A DNA stretch of 64,000 nucleotides, from the NCBI GenBank assembly GCA_965207455.1, contig CBDBMJ010000001.1, positions 1,792,001 through 1,856,000 on the forward strand, given 5' to 3'. The translations under genes and the position numbers were made by a program. This DNA comes from Bdellovibrionota bacterium (GTDB lineage: Bacteria > Bdellovibrionota > UBA1018 > CAIPTA01 > JAALKR01). Shown in pieces: positions 21,953 to 31,648 of this stretch. Every line of letters starts with the position of its first letter. The stretch's first letter is position 1. Below the pieces are notes generated by a model. That model had not been told where the DNA came from. It ran no database searches and saw nothing but the letters and a program-made list of their open reading frames with translations.

Positions 21953-24103
21953 CTACTTCTTCCCACTGATTGCCCTTCGGGCAAGCGGTCTTTCTTTTGC
22001 CATATAAAGCGCACTTTGCCAAAGTGCTAGGGCTTTTTGGATCATTTCTTTTGCTTTTTTGGGGTAGAGGTGTTTTACGTCTTTATCATAATCTTTCGTT
22101 TTATAGCGATACAGGATCGCCAGATTGTCCTCTGGATTAAGAGCTGCCTCTAAATTATTAACATATTTATTTCTATTCCAATTATTAGTATTAAGCCTAA
22201 GCAAAAATTCTTGTCCAATTAATTTCACAAGCATATTTGTATGTATAAACATATAATCACTGTCTTTATACGATGAGTGCAAAATATTCCTTCCCAACAT
22301 GGTGTTTTCTGCAGATATACCCATCATACCAAGCATAATGGGCATAATATCTATACTGGAAGTTACCTCTTGCACAGTTTTTTGTTTTTTAAACCGGAAC
22401 TGAGGAGAATAAATAATCAATGGAACCTTTAAAAAAGAAAGGTTATGATATGTGAACCAATCAGGAACATGCTCGGCTCCTTTCAAACTTATCCCATGAT
22501 CACCCACTAATACAAAAACTGTTTTATTATAATCCTTTCGCTTCTTAAAATCTTCAAAAAATACTCGTAGGCTGTAATCAGCAAACCGCAAAGCATTAAG
22601 CTCCTCAATGGAAGAAAAGCCATTTTTTTCTAATGTTTTTTTATCTACATGAATCGACATAAAGCCTAAATTCTCTTTGGGAATAACATAAGGAGGATGG
22701 TGGCTCGCTCCTTCTAAAAAAGTGAGAAATGGTTTGTTTTGATTAATTTTTCCTGCTCCATGCTTTTCCTCAATAATACGCTGTACCTCCTTATATAAAT
22801 GGAAGTCAGAAACCCCCCAAGCATTTACTTCCGGGTATTTATAATTTTTTTTTTCAAGCAAGTGGATATTATCTATGTTTTTCACTGTTGTCTTGTAGTC
22901 TAACCAAGTGAAATCATGAGATCTAAAAAAATATTTTTCATGCTTTTTAAGGGAATTTGCTAGGCTTGGCAATGGATAAGAGGGAATTTCAAGAAATGGA
23001 ATGCTCGCTATTATGGAAAAAACACCATGAATACTAGATGGAGAGTAAACTGAAGCATGGAAATTTTCAAAAAATATGGCCTCTCTTCTTCGGATAAGTT
23101 CCTTCAAAAACGGAGTAGGATTTAGTGGATTTTTCAATGTCTTATAATCAGAATAAGATTCCAGAAAAATGAATACAATATTGGAATTGGGATCAAGATA
23201 AGGCGTCTTTCTTATGGGCCTTTTAAATAAATTGAGTATCTTTGCTAGATCTACAGACTCACCAGGTTCACCACCCTTTAGTGCTCTAGGATCAGGGGCT
23301 TTTAATTTAAGATGACCTTGGACTCCTGCAAATACTTTAAAGAAGTCACTAGGAAAAAAAGTAGCTTTTTCTTTTATTTTAGTGTCAAGTAAATGTTGAA
23401 AAGTATTAAAGCTCATGGGCAAATAAAATGGATCTTGCAATGAATAACTACGATAAGAATTAAACGGTCGCCTAACATCAATACCAATGACTCCTAAAAA
23501 TAAAAACTCCAAGCATAATATGGAATAAAGAGCCTTTCGCTTAGGTAAATAAGAAGTGGTTGTAATCCGATTAAACGACTGAAAACCAAACCTGTCAAAT
23601 AAACCCTTACCTGTAAATACAAGCCTCTTTAAAATAAAATATAAGAAACAGGAAAGGAGCAGCCACCCGAAAACAATCCATACTATAGGATAGGATTTTA
23701 TCACCATCGATAGAACAGCCAGTGGGCTTTTTAAGATGTAAATGCTATCATAACCCAATCTTTTCTCCGTATATCCGTATGTGCCAAAATCAATGAGAAA
23801 AAACAAAAATATGAACGAGAAAAGAAAGGTATGAAAAAACAGAACATTCTTATTGCTATAGATATATTTTTTAGGAAATAAATAATCTCGCCAGAAAAAA
23901 GCTAAGCACGGCATGGAAAATAGAAGACTCCAACGCAGATCAAATCTAGCACCATAGAATAAGCAGTTCAGCAATGCATTCTGATTGCGGAAAAGAGTGC
24001 TCAGATCAGCTGAAAAATAAAACAGCATAATAAAGCGAAAAACCTGCTGTACAAGAAAAAACAACAAGATAATTTTTATGCAGGAATACAACCTCATGTT
24101 CAT
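21953..24103 (-). CDS. LTA synthase / sulfatase family membrane protein
   Basis: TM N-terminus with GARFDLR; IFLES, HHPPY, GDHG, SSIDIMP. Confidence 0.9.
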   Translation of the reverse strand: MNMRLYSCIKIILLFFLVQQVFRFIMLFYFSADLSTLFRNQNALLNCLFYGARFDLRWSLLFSMPCLAFFWRDYLFPKKYIYSNKNVLFFHTFLFSFIFLFFLIDFGTYGYTEKRLGYDSIYILKSPLAVLSMVIKSYPIVWIVFGWLLLSCFLYFILKRLVFTGKGLFDRFGFQSFNRITTTSYLPKRKALYSILCLEFLFLGVIGIDVRRPFNSYRSYSLQDPFYLPMSFNTFQHLLDTKIKEKATFFPSDFFKVFAGVQGHLKLKAPDPRALKGGEPGESVDLAKILNLFKRPIRKTPYLDPNSNIVFIFLESYSDYKTLKNPLNPTPFLKELIRRREAIFFENFHASVYSPSSIHGVFSIIASIPFLEIPSYPLPSLANSLKKHEKYFFRSHDFTWLDYKTTVKNIDNIHLLEKKNYKYPEVNAWGVSDFHLYKEVQRIIEEKHGAGKINQNKPFLTFLEGASHHPPYVIPKENLGFMSIHVDKKTLEKNGFSSIEELNALRFADYSLRVFFEDFKKRKDYNKTVFVLVGDHGISLKGAEHVPDWFTYHNLSFLKVPLIIYSPQFRFKKQKTVQEVTSSIDIMPIMLGMMGISAENTMLGRNILHSSYKDSDYMFIHTNMLVKLIGQEFLLRLNTNNWNRNKYVNNLEAALNPEDNLAILYRYKTKDYDKDVKHLYPKKAKEMIQKALALWQSALYMAKERPLARRAISGKK

Positions 24104-24394
24104 TTTTCCATCATAGCTTATAAAATGATTTTCTCACACTGACACCTCTCTGATTAATAAACTCAGACCCATTGTCTAATTTTCAAACACCAAAAACTGC
24201 CAAAACAATATACAATAAAAAAACAATGTACCGTGTATTATCTTAATACCCTTTAACGTGAGAAATATTTTATTAAAAAAAGTAAAAAAAACTTTAGTTT
24301 TTTATACAAACGTCCGTTTAATCTATATGCAACAAGGTTAACTTGTTGTATAATTAAAAGAGTAACAAAAATCAAAAAAGGAGAACTAAAGATT

Positions 24395-24979
24395 ATGAAA
24401 ATATTGAAAACAAACAAGGGTTTTACCCTAATTGAATTAATGATCGTTGTGGCAATTATCGGAATTTTGGCTGCCATTGCGGTACCAAACTTCCAAAGTT
24501 ATCAAGCGAAAAGTAGACAGTCAGAGGCTAAAATCTCTCTAGCAACTGTTCATAGCCAAGAGATCGCTTTTAGCGCAGAGTTCGGCGGCTATGTCACTGC
24601 ACTAGACGCTATTGGTTATATACCAAGCACTTCCGGTGCAGCTGTTGCAATAGCCAGTACTAGAGGATCGCAGTACTATACCGTTGGTTGGACTGGTGAT
24701 GCCGCACCTAATTCTATGCCTGCCAATGCTCCATACTCATTCCTTACAATCCGTTATTGGAGAAACTCAGGGACTAATTCAGGAGATGATGGTGCTACAG
24801 GGTGCAAAAATGGTGCTGTTCTTAGCGATGCATTATCGGCAATCAACACTGCAAAAGTGAACGGAATAACCCAAGCCTTTACTGTCGGTGCTGCAGGAAA
24901 ACCCGGAACTAACAATGCTTGCGATGAGTGGACTATAAATGAAAATAAAGTTCTTGCCAACAACGTACGTAACCTATAA
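24395..24979 (+). CDS. pilA: Type IV major pilin
   Basis: [33 protein letters not shown]-terminal Cys pair. Confidence 0.93.
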   Translation: MKILKTNKGFTLIELMIVVAIIGILAAIAVPNFQSYQAKSRQSEAKISLATVHSQEIAFSAEFGGYVTALDAIGYIPSTSGAAVAIASTRGSQYYTVGWTGDAAPNSMPANAPYSFLTIRYWRNSGTNSGDDGATGCKNGAVLSDALSAINTAKVNGITQAFTVGAAGKPGTNNACDEWTINENKVLANNVRNL

Positions 24980-25006
24980 CGTCAAGATTCGTACAGTCTA
25001 AAAACG

Positions 25007-25056
25007 AAAAGCCAGAACACTCGAAAGCGAAACGCTTCCCTGTTCTGGCTTTTTTT
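25007..25056 (+). terminator. Hairpin and U-tract after pilA
   Basis: AAAAGCCAGAACA...TGTTCTGGCTTTTTTT with inner AAGCG-AAA-CGCTT stem. Confidence 0.75.
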
Positions 25057-25101
25057 ATTCTGTCACCCCCATAACACATACAGTGTATCCTATAAACACA
25101 A

Positions 25102-25809
25102 ATGAAAATCATCAAACACTCAAAAACCTACCGTGTAAACTTCCTCCTCTTTCTTCTCGCCCTAATCACCGTCAGCCTATACCAAGAACAACGCCCCCAC
25201 TTTCCCCTAAAAGATAAAACAACCTTTACCTTCAACGAAGGCTTCCCCTCCTTTTCCCCAGAATCCATACGCCTCTTAAGTTTTGGCTACCGCTTTGTCT
25301 GGAGTAGCCTCCTCTGGATCCGCTTCCTCCGCCACACACCTCCCAAAAGCATGGGATCCGCAGAAGTAAGCTGGATCTTCGTGGACCTAAACGCCATCTC
25401 CGTAATCGATCAAGACTTTTCCCCCGTCTATACCCACGGCGCACTCTTCCTCTCCGTCATCACCGAAGATAAAAACGGAGCAAGACTCCTCCTAGAAAAA
25501 GGATCGAAAAAATACCCCAACTCCCTGCGAATACATTCTGCCCTAGCCTACCACTACCTCTTTGAACTCAAGGACCGCAAAAAAGCAGCCCAACAATACC
25601 AAATAGCCTCCCGGATTCCAGGAGCACCAGACTACTACGCCCTCCTTGCCGCAACCACCATGCAAAAAGAAGGGAACACAATGGCAGCTATTGCCTTCTT
25701 ACAAGATATGCGAGAAAATGCAAAAGACCCCAAAGTACGAAAAAAGCTCCTACAGAAAATACACAACCTAGAAATGGGCTCAACCGAAAGAAGCACCTAT
25801 GAAAAATAA
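25102..25809 (+). CDS. pilG: PilG-like (Myxococcus-type) TPR-like pilus accessory protein
   Basis: Between pilA and the ABC genes; LSFGY..SSLLW, LLEKG, YHYLFEL. Confidence 0.7.
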   Translation: MKIIKHSKTYRVNFLLFLLALITVSLYQEQRPHFPLKDKTTFTFNEGFPSFSPESIRLLSFGYRFVWSSLLWIRFLRHTPPKSMGSAEVSWIFVDLNAISVIDQDFSPVYTHGALFLSVITEDKNGARLLLEKGSKKYPNSLRIHSALAYHYLFELKDRKKAAQQYQIASRIPGAPDYYALLAATTMQKEGNTMAAIAFLQDMRENAKDPKVRKKLLQKIHNLEMGSTERSTYEK

Positions 25810-26719
25810 ACCAGCCCTAGAATTTATCAATGTCTCCAAAACATACCGCTCCGGATTCCTCGGCGAAAAAAAACAATCCCTAAAAAACTTGACCCTCTCC
25901 GTACCCACCGGCTCAGTCTTTGGCTTCCTCGGCGCTAACGGCGCTGGAAAAACAACGACCATAAAAATCACCCTCGGCCTTCAAAAACCCACGTCAGGCG
26001 AAGTAATCGTCCTCGGAAAAAGCAACTCTAGCAATAAAGCCAAAGCCCTTATCGGCTACCTACCCGAACGACCCACCTTTCATCTGGATCTTACTGGCAA
26101 CGAATTCCTAAACTTCCACCGTAACCTCTTCGGCAACCGCATCCAAAATAAACCCCAACTCTCTAACTCCCATCTGCTAGCTCTTGTTGGTATCCCACAA
26201 ACCGCCTCCACACTCCTGCGAGAATTCTCCAAAGGCATGCTCCAACGAATCGGCATCGCCCAAGCCCTCATCAATTCTCCGGATTTGGTCATTTTGGACG
26301 AACCCATGAGCGGACTCGACCCCATCGGAAGACGCGACGTACGCGAAATCATCTCCCAACTCGCACACGAAGGCAAAACCATCTTCTTTAGCAGCCACAT
26401 CCTAAACGACGTCGAAAGCCTCTGCGACCAAATCGCCTTCCTCCAATCCGGCGAACTCAAAGTCCACGGAAAAATAAACGACATCCTGAAAAAAAGATCG
26501 TCAAAAGAAATCATCTTCAAAAACATCTCAGCCCACACCATTAAAAACTCCCCCATCCTACAAAACTCCACCCAATCCGGCGACTCCTGGACCCTACTCC
26601 TCCACAACCCCGAACACACCCAATCCACCCTCGAAACCATCTGGCAACAAAAAGGGGAACTCATCTCCGTAACCAACCAACAAATCAGCCTAGAAGAAGA
26701 ACTCTTCCCATCACTATGA
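25799..26719 (+). CDS. pilH: ABC transporter ATP-binding protein, PilH-like
   Basis: GANGAGKTT, FSKGMLQR, LDEPMSGLDP, SSH. Confidence 0.88.
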   Translation: MKNKPALEFINVSKTYRSGFLGEKKQSLKNLTLSVPTGSVFGFLGANGAGKTTTIKITLGLQKPTSGEVIVLGKSNSSNKAKALIGYLPERPTFHLDLTGNEFLNFHRNLFGNRIQNKPQLSNSHLLALVGIPQTASTLLREFSKGMLQRIGIAQALINSPDLVILDEPMSGLDPIGRRDVREIISQLAHEGKTIFFSSHILNDVESLCDQIAFLQSGELKVHGKINDILKKRSSKEIIFKNISAHTIKNSPILQNSTQSGDSWTLLLHNPEHTQSTLETIWQQKGELISVTNQQISLEEELFPSL

Positions 26720-27495
26720 AAAAATACCTACAATCCGCTACCCTAACCATCGCCCTCACCACCCTCAGAGGCTTCACCCGAGACCGCATCTTCTATGCCG
26801 TCCTCCTCGTCGCCCTACTCCTCATCGCCTTCTCCTACTCCCTCGCCGGACTCACCTTCATCGGCTCCTATAAAATACTCATGGACTTCGGCTTCACCGC
26901 CATCTCCCTCTGCGGAATCCTCATCTCCATCTTCGTAGGCATCATCTCCGTATCCAAAGAAATCGAAAACAAAACCATCTACACCATTCTCGCTAAACCC
27001 GTCCACCGCTCCCAATACATTCTGGGCAAATACCTCGGCTGTAGCCTCGTAGTCCTCATCGCCCACCTAATAATGTCCCTCTCCCTCCTAACCGTCATCT
27101 GGATCATCGGCATAAAAACCTCCACCGGCCTCTACCCCTGCTTCTACCTCATGACACTCGAAAGCCTTCTTATACTCTCCATCGCCCTGTTCTCCTCCAT
27201 CTTCTCCTCCAGTGTTCTTGCCACCTGCCTCACCCTTTTGTTATTCCTTATTGGAAGGAGTGCTTACTTCTTTCATTCTGCCTCAGAAAAAGCTGAAGGA
27301 CTCATGCGCTATGTTTTTCGGATTCTCTACGACATTCTCCCTAACCTCGAACGCTTTAATCTCCGAGAAATGGCTGCCTACTCCAAGCCCTACCCCGACA
27401 CCCTTCTCCTCGACAGCACCATCTACGCCCTCGCCTACACCACCCTCTTTCTCACCCTAAGCACCATTCTTTTCATCCGACGGGACATGCCATGA
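26716..27495 (+). CDS. pilI: ABC permease, PilI-like
   Basis: KEIENKTIYTILAKPVHR..YILGKY, LPNLERFN, F.RRD end. Confidence 0.85.
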   Translation: MKKYLQSATLTIALTTLRGFTRDRIFYAVLLVALLLIAFSYSLAGLTFIGSYKILMDFGFTAISLCGILISIFVGIISVSKEIENKTIYTILAKPVHRSQYILGKYLGCSLVVLIAHLIMSLSLLTVIWIIGIKTSTGLYPCFYLMTLESLLILSIALFSSIFSSSVLATCLTLLLFLIGRSAYFFHSASEKAEGLMRYVFRILYDILPNLERFNLREMAAYSKPYPDTLLLDSTIYALAYTTLFLTLSTILFIRRDMP

Positions 27496-28283
27496 TCGAC
27501 CCCCAAACCATCATCCAAATCGCCTTCATCACCTTTGGTTTCATCATCGGCAGCTTCCTCAACGTCTGCATCTCCCGCATGCCCAAAGAAAAAAGCGTGG
27601 TCTTCCCCCCCAGCGCCTGCATGACTTGCCAAAAAAACATCCCTTGGTACTGCAACATCCCCATTCTCAGCTACCTCTTCCTCCGCGGCCGCTGCCTCTA
27701 CTGCAAATCCCGCATCCCCTTCCGCTACCTGCTAGTCGAATGCATCACCCCCGCCCTATTCCTCCTCTGCCTGCCCTACCCCTATATCCTCTGGCCCTTT
27801 TACGTTTACTTTCTCTCCTCCCTCGTCATTGCCACCTTTATCGACCTCGAACACTGGATCATCCCCGACAAGATCACCCTCCCAGGTATCCCCATAGGAA
27901 TCCTAAGCTCCCTCGTCCACCCCTACCCTTTTATTTTGGATTCTGTGCTTGGCATGATATTTGGTGGCGGATCTCTCCTAGTCATTGGCATGATCTACGA
28001 GAAGATGAAAAAAACAGAGGGCATTGGTGGTGGCGACATAAAATTTCTCGCCATGGGCGGCGCCTTCCTCGGCTTCAAAGGCATCATCCTCACGCTTCTT
28101 ATTGCTTCCATCACTGGCATGATTATTGGACTCATCACCATGATCAAAACAGGAAAAGGCGGCAAAACTGCCATCCCCTTCGGTCCCTTCCTCTCCGCTG
28201 GAATGCTCATCACCTTTATCTGGGGCACCCAAATCTGGGACTGGTACCTCGCCCTCACCAACCCTCAATCCCTCTTCCAATAA
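27492..28283 (+). CDS. pilD: Prepilin peptidase, copy 1
   Basis: GSFLNVCI, two CxxC, IDLEH, GGGDIK, IPFGPFL. Confidence 0.97.
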   Translation: MIDPQTIIQIAFITFGFIIGSFLNVCISRMPKEKSVVFPPSACMTCQKNIPWYCNIPILSYLFLRGRCLYCKSRIPFRYLLVECITPALFLLCLPYPYILWPFYVYFLSSLVIATFIDLEHWIIPDKITLPGIPIGILSSLVHPYPFILDSVLGMIFGGGSLLVIGMIYEKMKKTEGIGGGDIKFLAMGGAFLGFKGIILTLLIASITGMIIGLITMIKTGKGGKTAIPFGPFLSAGMLITFIWGTQIWDWYLALTNPQSLFQ

Positions 28284-28336
28284 CACACCCAACAAACCCA
28301 CGGCGCAATGCCGCACGCAACAAGCTGGACACGTCA

Positions 28337-29773
28337 TTAAAATTTTCTAGAAAATTTCCTAAACGATTTAACCAGCTCATAAGTAAGAAACGCGTTTGCT
28401 ACTATCTGCAAAAAATTCCAGAAACCAAACTCACCTACAGGCAATTTAATGGGAATCACTAAACGACCAAACAGGTCAAGACAATCCCAAAAACCAACAC
28501 AACACTCAAAACGAAACATATGGATAAAAAGAAATACAATATTAATAGCTAATTGCCAAACAAAAACCCTAAAAAAAGCTGTACCAAAATAACTAAAGAG
28601 CTTCTCAATAGATAAAGTAAATTTATCCTGAAGATTGCCACCCGTCTTCCCCAGTTCATGGAGATATTTATCATGCTCTTTCGTATGAAACATCACGGCA
28701 GATATCGTATCATTTTGTTTTATGGCGAAGTGCTTTAATTGCAAGAAAGTTTCTCTGCTAAATGCATTCTCGCCTTCAATATTTATTAATCCTCTTTTTT
28801 CGTTTATATATTTAAGTGTGTTTTCTTCATCAAGAGATTCATTCCCTCCAGTAGAAAAATCCGTTCCTTCGATAACGCAATTATCTATCTGAAGTACAAA
28901 TTCTTTAGTAAAAAAAATATCTCCTAAAAAAATATTTTTTATATTTCCCGACAACTTAAAATGACTCCTAAAAAAAGAAAGGGTGAAATCCAATCGCTCA
29001 CGAAACTCACTCATTGTAGTGTCTAATTTATTAAAAATACATTCCCTGAAATTACAAGACCCGAGGAATTGCGTATTAAAAAATCTTGCATCATCTCGAA
29101 AATAAGATTTATAAAATCCAGCATTTTCTGCAAATCTTGTTCTCTCAAAAGAAACTTTCGATAAAAATATAGTCTCAACAAAATCTACTTCTTTTTCAAA
29201 CTCTACCTTTTTAAAAAAAGAATCTCCTGTAATAATAGTATTACTAACGCTCACTGGTTTCAGAAATTTTTTATCAGACAAATAAATGCCACCTATAATA
29301 ATGAAATTATCAAAACATACCTTTCTTGAAATTTTCGCACTATCCAATATAATATCTCCCACAATAATGCAATTATCTAAAGGCACATCCATTGAAATAA
29401 GTTCTTCAACATCAGACTGTCCTATATGAACGAATTTTTTCTTAGAATCTAGCTCTTCTTCCATGATAATAAATATTTTTTCAGAAAGGATTCCTTTATA
29501 ATTAAAAATTTCTTTTATATGTGCGCTTATTTCAATCACCTCATATTCAACACCATTAAAAACTACTTCTTGCGAGTTCAAGGAAGGATCGGAATACTTG
29601 TTTTTACTCTCATCTTCATAACGAAACTCTAACTTACCACTCGATTTATCAAAAGTAACATTGGTTAATCCCTCTCTATCAACCTTTGATATTCCGTATT
29701 TTACCTCGCTCGTTTCTTGTTCCATAAAATATATCTTACAAAATACTATTGTAAAAAACAATTCTTTATTCAT
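28337..29773 (-). CDS. Pentapeptide-repeat protein with C-terminal TM helices
   Basis: F-periodic repeats (SFERTRFAENAGFYKSYFRDDARFFNTQF); hydrophobic C-terminus. Confidence 0.75.
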   Translation of the reverse strand: MNKELFFTIVFCKIYFMEQETSEVKYGISKVDREGLTNVTFDKSSGKLEFRYEDESKNKYSDPSLNSQEVVFNGVEYEVIEISAHIKEIFNYKGILSEKIFIIMEEELDSKKKFVHIGQSDVEELISMDVPLDNCIIVGDIILDSAKISRKVCFDNFIIIGGIYLSDKKFLKPVSVSNTIITGDSFFKKVEFEKEVDFVETIFLSKVSFERTRFAENAGFYKSYFRDDARFFNTQFLGSCNFRECIFNKLDTTMSEFRERLDFTLSFFRSHFKLSGNIKNIFLGDIFFTKEFVLQIDNCVIEGTDFSTGGNESLDEENTLKYINEKRGLINIEGENAFSRETFLQLKHFAIKQNDTISAVMFHTKEHDKYLHELGKTGGNLQDKFTLSIEKLFSYFGTAFFRVFVWQLAINIVFLFIHMFRFECCVGFWDCLDLFGRLVIPIKLPVGEFGFWNFLQIVANAFLTYELVKSFRKFSRKF

Positions 29774-29838
29774 CTATCACCTTAAAAAAAGAGTAAGTGT
29801 TTCTCACAAAGAAACCATTAAGTTCTTGGAAAACTAAA

Positions 29839-29873
29839 TATCTATTGTCCGATTATCAGACATCGCACCAACA
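29839..29873 (+). repeat. R motif copy 1 (palindromic core)
   Basis: TATCTATTGTCCGATTATCAGACATCGCACCAACA. Confidence 0.9.
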
Positions 29874-29970
29874 GGAACACGCCCCAGAGCAGACCTCATA
29901 ATCCCTCCAGCAACAAAGCCTACCTCTATTCACACCTCTCACAACACACAGACAAACCTCGGAACTCTTC

Positions 29971-29999
29971 TTGACTAACCCATGGCTTTGGTTTATGTT
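29971..29999 (+). promoter_or_regulatory. Sigma70-like promoter in the R-motif leader
   Basis: TTGACT-17 bp-TATGTT; TTGACT is conserved in the homologous leader at 40063. Confidence 0.55.
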
Positions 30000-30052
30000 A
30001 AAACATAATCAATCGGCTAATTAACAGAAGGCGTAAGAGAGGGAACTGAAGA

Positions 30053-30223
30053 ATGAGAAAAAAAAATAACAGCGCAACGAAAAAAGAAGACCCTGAAGAA
30101 GTTCAGAGAAGCCTTGAACAGCTCATTATTGACATAAAAAAGAAGCGACCCAAGTTCCGAAAATTCTCAAAAGAGCAGCGAGAATTCTTTATAAGGGAAG
30201 CACTAGAAGAGTATGATTCGTAG
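30053..30223 (+). CDS. 56-aa charged protein, not in the ORF track
   Basis: MRKKNNSATKKEDPEEVQRSLEQLIIDIKKKRPKF...EALEEYDS; GAGAGGGA upstream; decayed copy at ~38170-38278. Confidence 0.6.
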   Translation: MRKKNNSATKKEDPEEVQRSLEQLIIDIKKKRPKFRKFSKEQREFFIREALEEYDS

Positions 30224-30231
30224 TACCCATT

Positions 30232-31101
30232 GTGTTAGCAAGTAAATTAAAAAGAAATAAGAAATACAGTCTTTCTCAAGGAATGATCTTTGAGATACCC
30301 AGTTTAAAACTTGATTTTGATAAAGCAAAAAAAACCATTAAAGAGCTTTATCCCGAGGCAAGTCTTGATAATGTAAAGTATGGACTCATATTAACACAAT
30401 CATGTGACCTCGTTCATGATAAGTTTTTTGAGCAACAAGGTGGAACTCTAGATAAAGATGAAAAAAATAACTACAAATATCGACTTCCAAAAATTCCTCA
30501 CATTACATTTTGCTTGTTGGAGCCAATAAATTCTTATATTTCAGAATTTTTAAGTAAAAACGAATCAAAATTTCTATTCAAAATAGAAGACCCTGTTCCC
30601 ACTAACAAAACCACTAATGTCCTTTCCTCGAGCAAAGCATTAAAACTAGTTTTGAGAGAATTTGGCAGGTTCTTTCAAAATAATCACCCTTGGGCATTTT
30701 TCATCACAATTCAATCAAAGGATAGAAAAGAATACTACTTTGTTAACTTAACAAAAATTCTCCCTCTAAGAATAATTCACTATAGCTCAATCCTCCAGAA
30801 CTCTAAATTTCAGTTAACAAATGAATTTTCTAATAAATTAGCATGGAAATTGGCGACCCTATATGGGAGAATCGGGACTAAGGATTATTCAAGAAAAGCA
30901 ATCACAGAAATCATCAAGGATATTCTTGAAATCTCCCAAAAAGAGTTTTCTAGCTTAACCGATGATTCTATAGACATAGAACCTTTAGACTTTGATGCTC
31001 TTAAAAAAAATCTAGAAAGAGAACGTAACTTAAAAAAAAGAAATGAAATCTTACAAGATCTGCTAGAGGAACACTCCATAACAAATATGAAAGGCATATA
31101 A
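30232..31101 (+). CDS. Hypothetical protein with ILTQSCDL motif
   Basis: LSQGMIF, ILTQSCDL, LYGRIG; follows the 56-aa ORF. Confidence 0.7.
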   Translation: MLASKLKRNKKYSLSQGMIFEIPSLKLDFDKAKKTIKELYPEASLDNVKYGLILTQSCDLVHDKFFEQQGGTLDKDEKNNYKYRLPKIPHITFCLLEPINSYISEFLSKNESKFLFKIEDPVPTNKTTNVLSSSKALKLVLREFGRFFQNNHPWAFFITIQSKDRKEYYFVNLTKILPLRIIHYSSILQNSKFQLTNEFSNKLAWKLATLYGRIGTKDYSRKAITEIIKDILEISQKEFSSLTDDSIDIEPLDFDALKKNLERERNLKKRNEILQDLLEEHSITNMKGI

Positions 31102-31134
31102 GACCGAAGAACTCATACACTACATTTTTCGGCT

Positions 31135-31648
31135 CATCTACACCATTCTCGCCAAACCCGTCCACCGCTCCCAATACATTCTGGGCAAATACCTCGGCTG
31201 TAGCCTCGTTGTCCTCATCGCTCACCTAATAATGTCCCTCTCCCTCCTAACCGTCATCTGGATCATCGGCATAAAAACCTCCACCGGCCTCTACCCCTGC
31301 TTCTACCTCATGACACTCGAAAGCCTTCTTATACTCTCCATTGCCCTGTTCTCCTCTATCTTTTCCTCCAGCGTCCTCGCCACTTGCCTCACCCTTCTAC
31401 TATTCCTCATCGGAAGAAGCGCCTACTTCTTTCACTCCGCCTCTGAAAAAGCCGAAGGATTCATGCGCTATGTTTTTCGGATTCTCTACGACATTCTCCC
31501 TAACCTCGAACGCTTTAATCTCCGAGAAATGGCGGCCAAACCCTACCCCGACACCCTTCTCCTCGACAGCACCATCTACGCCCTCGCCTACACCACCCTC
31601 TTTCTCACCCTAAGCACCATTCTTTTCATCCGACGGGACATGCCATGA
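31135..31648 (+). pseudogene. pilI: 5'-truncated duplicate of pilI
   Basis: Matches 26976-27495 with a 6-bp deletion; lacks the N-terminal third. Confidence 0.9.

Noticed and set aside
25007..25056. c-di-GMP riboswitch after pilA
   Set aside because: Has a GAAA loop but lacks the two-stem GEMM architecture; a terminator explains it
27626..28462. Long Pro/His-rich alternative-frame and antisense ORFs over the pil genes
   Set aside because: By-product of C/A skew removing stop codons
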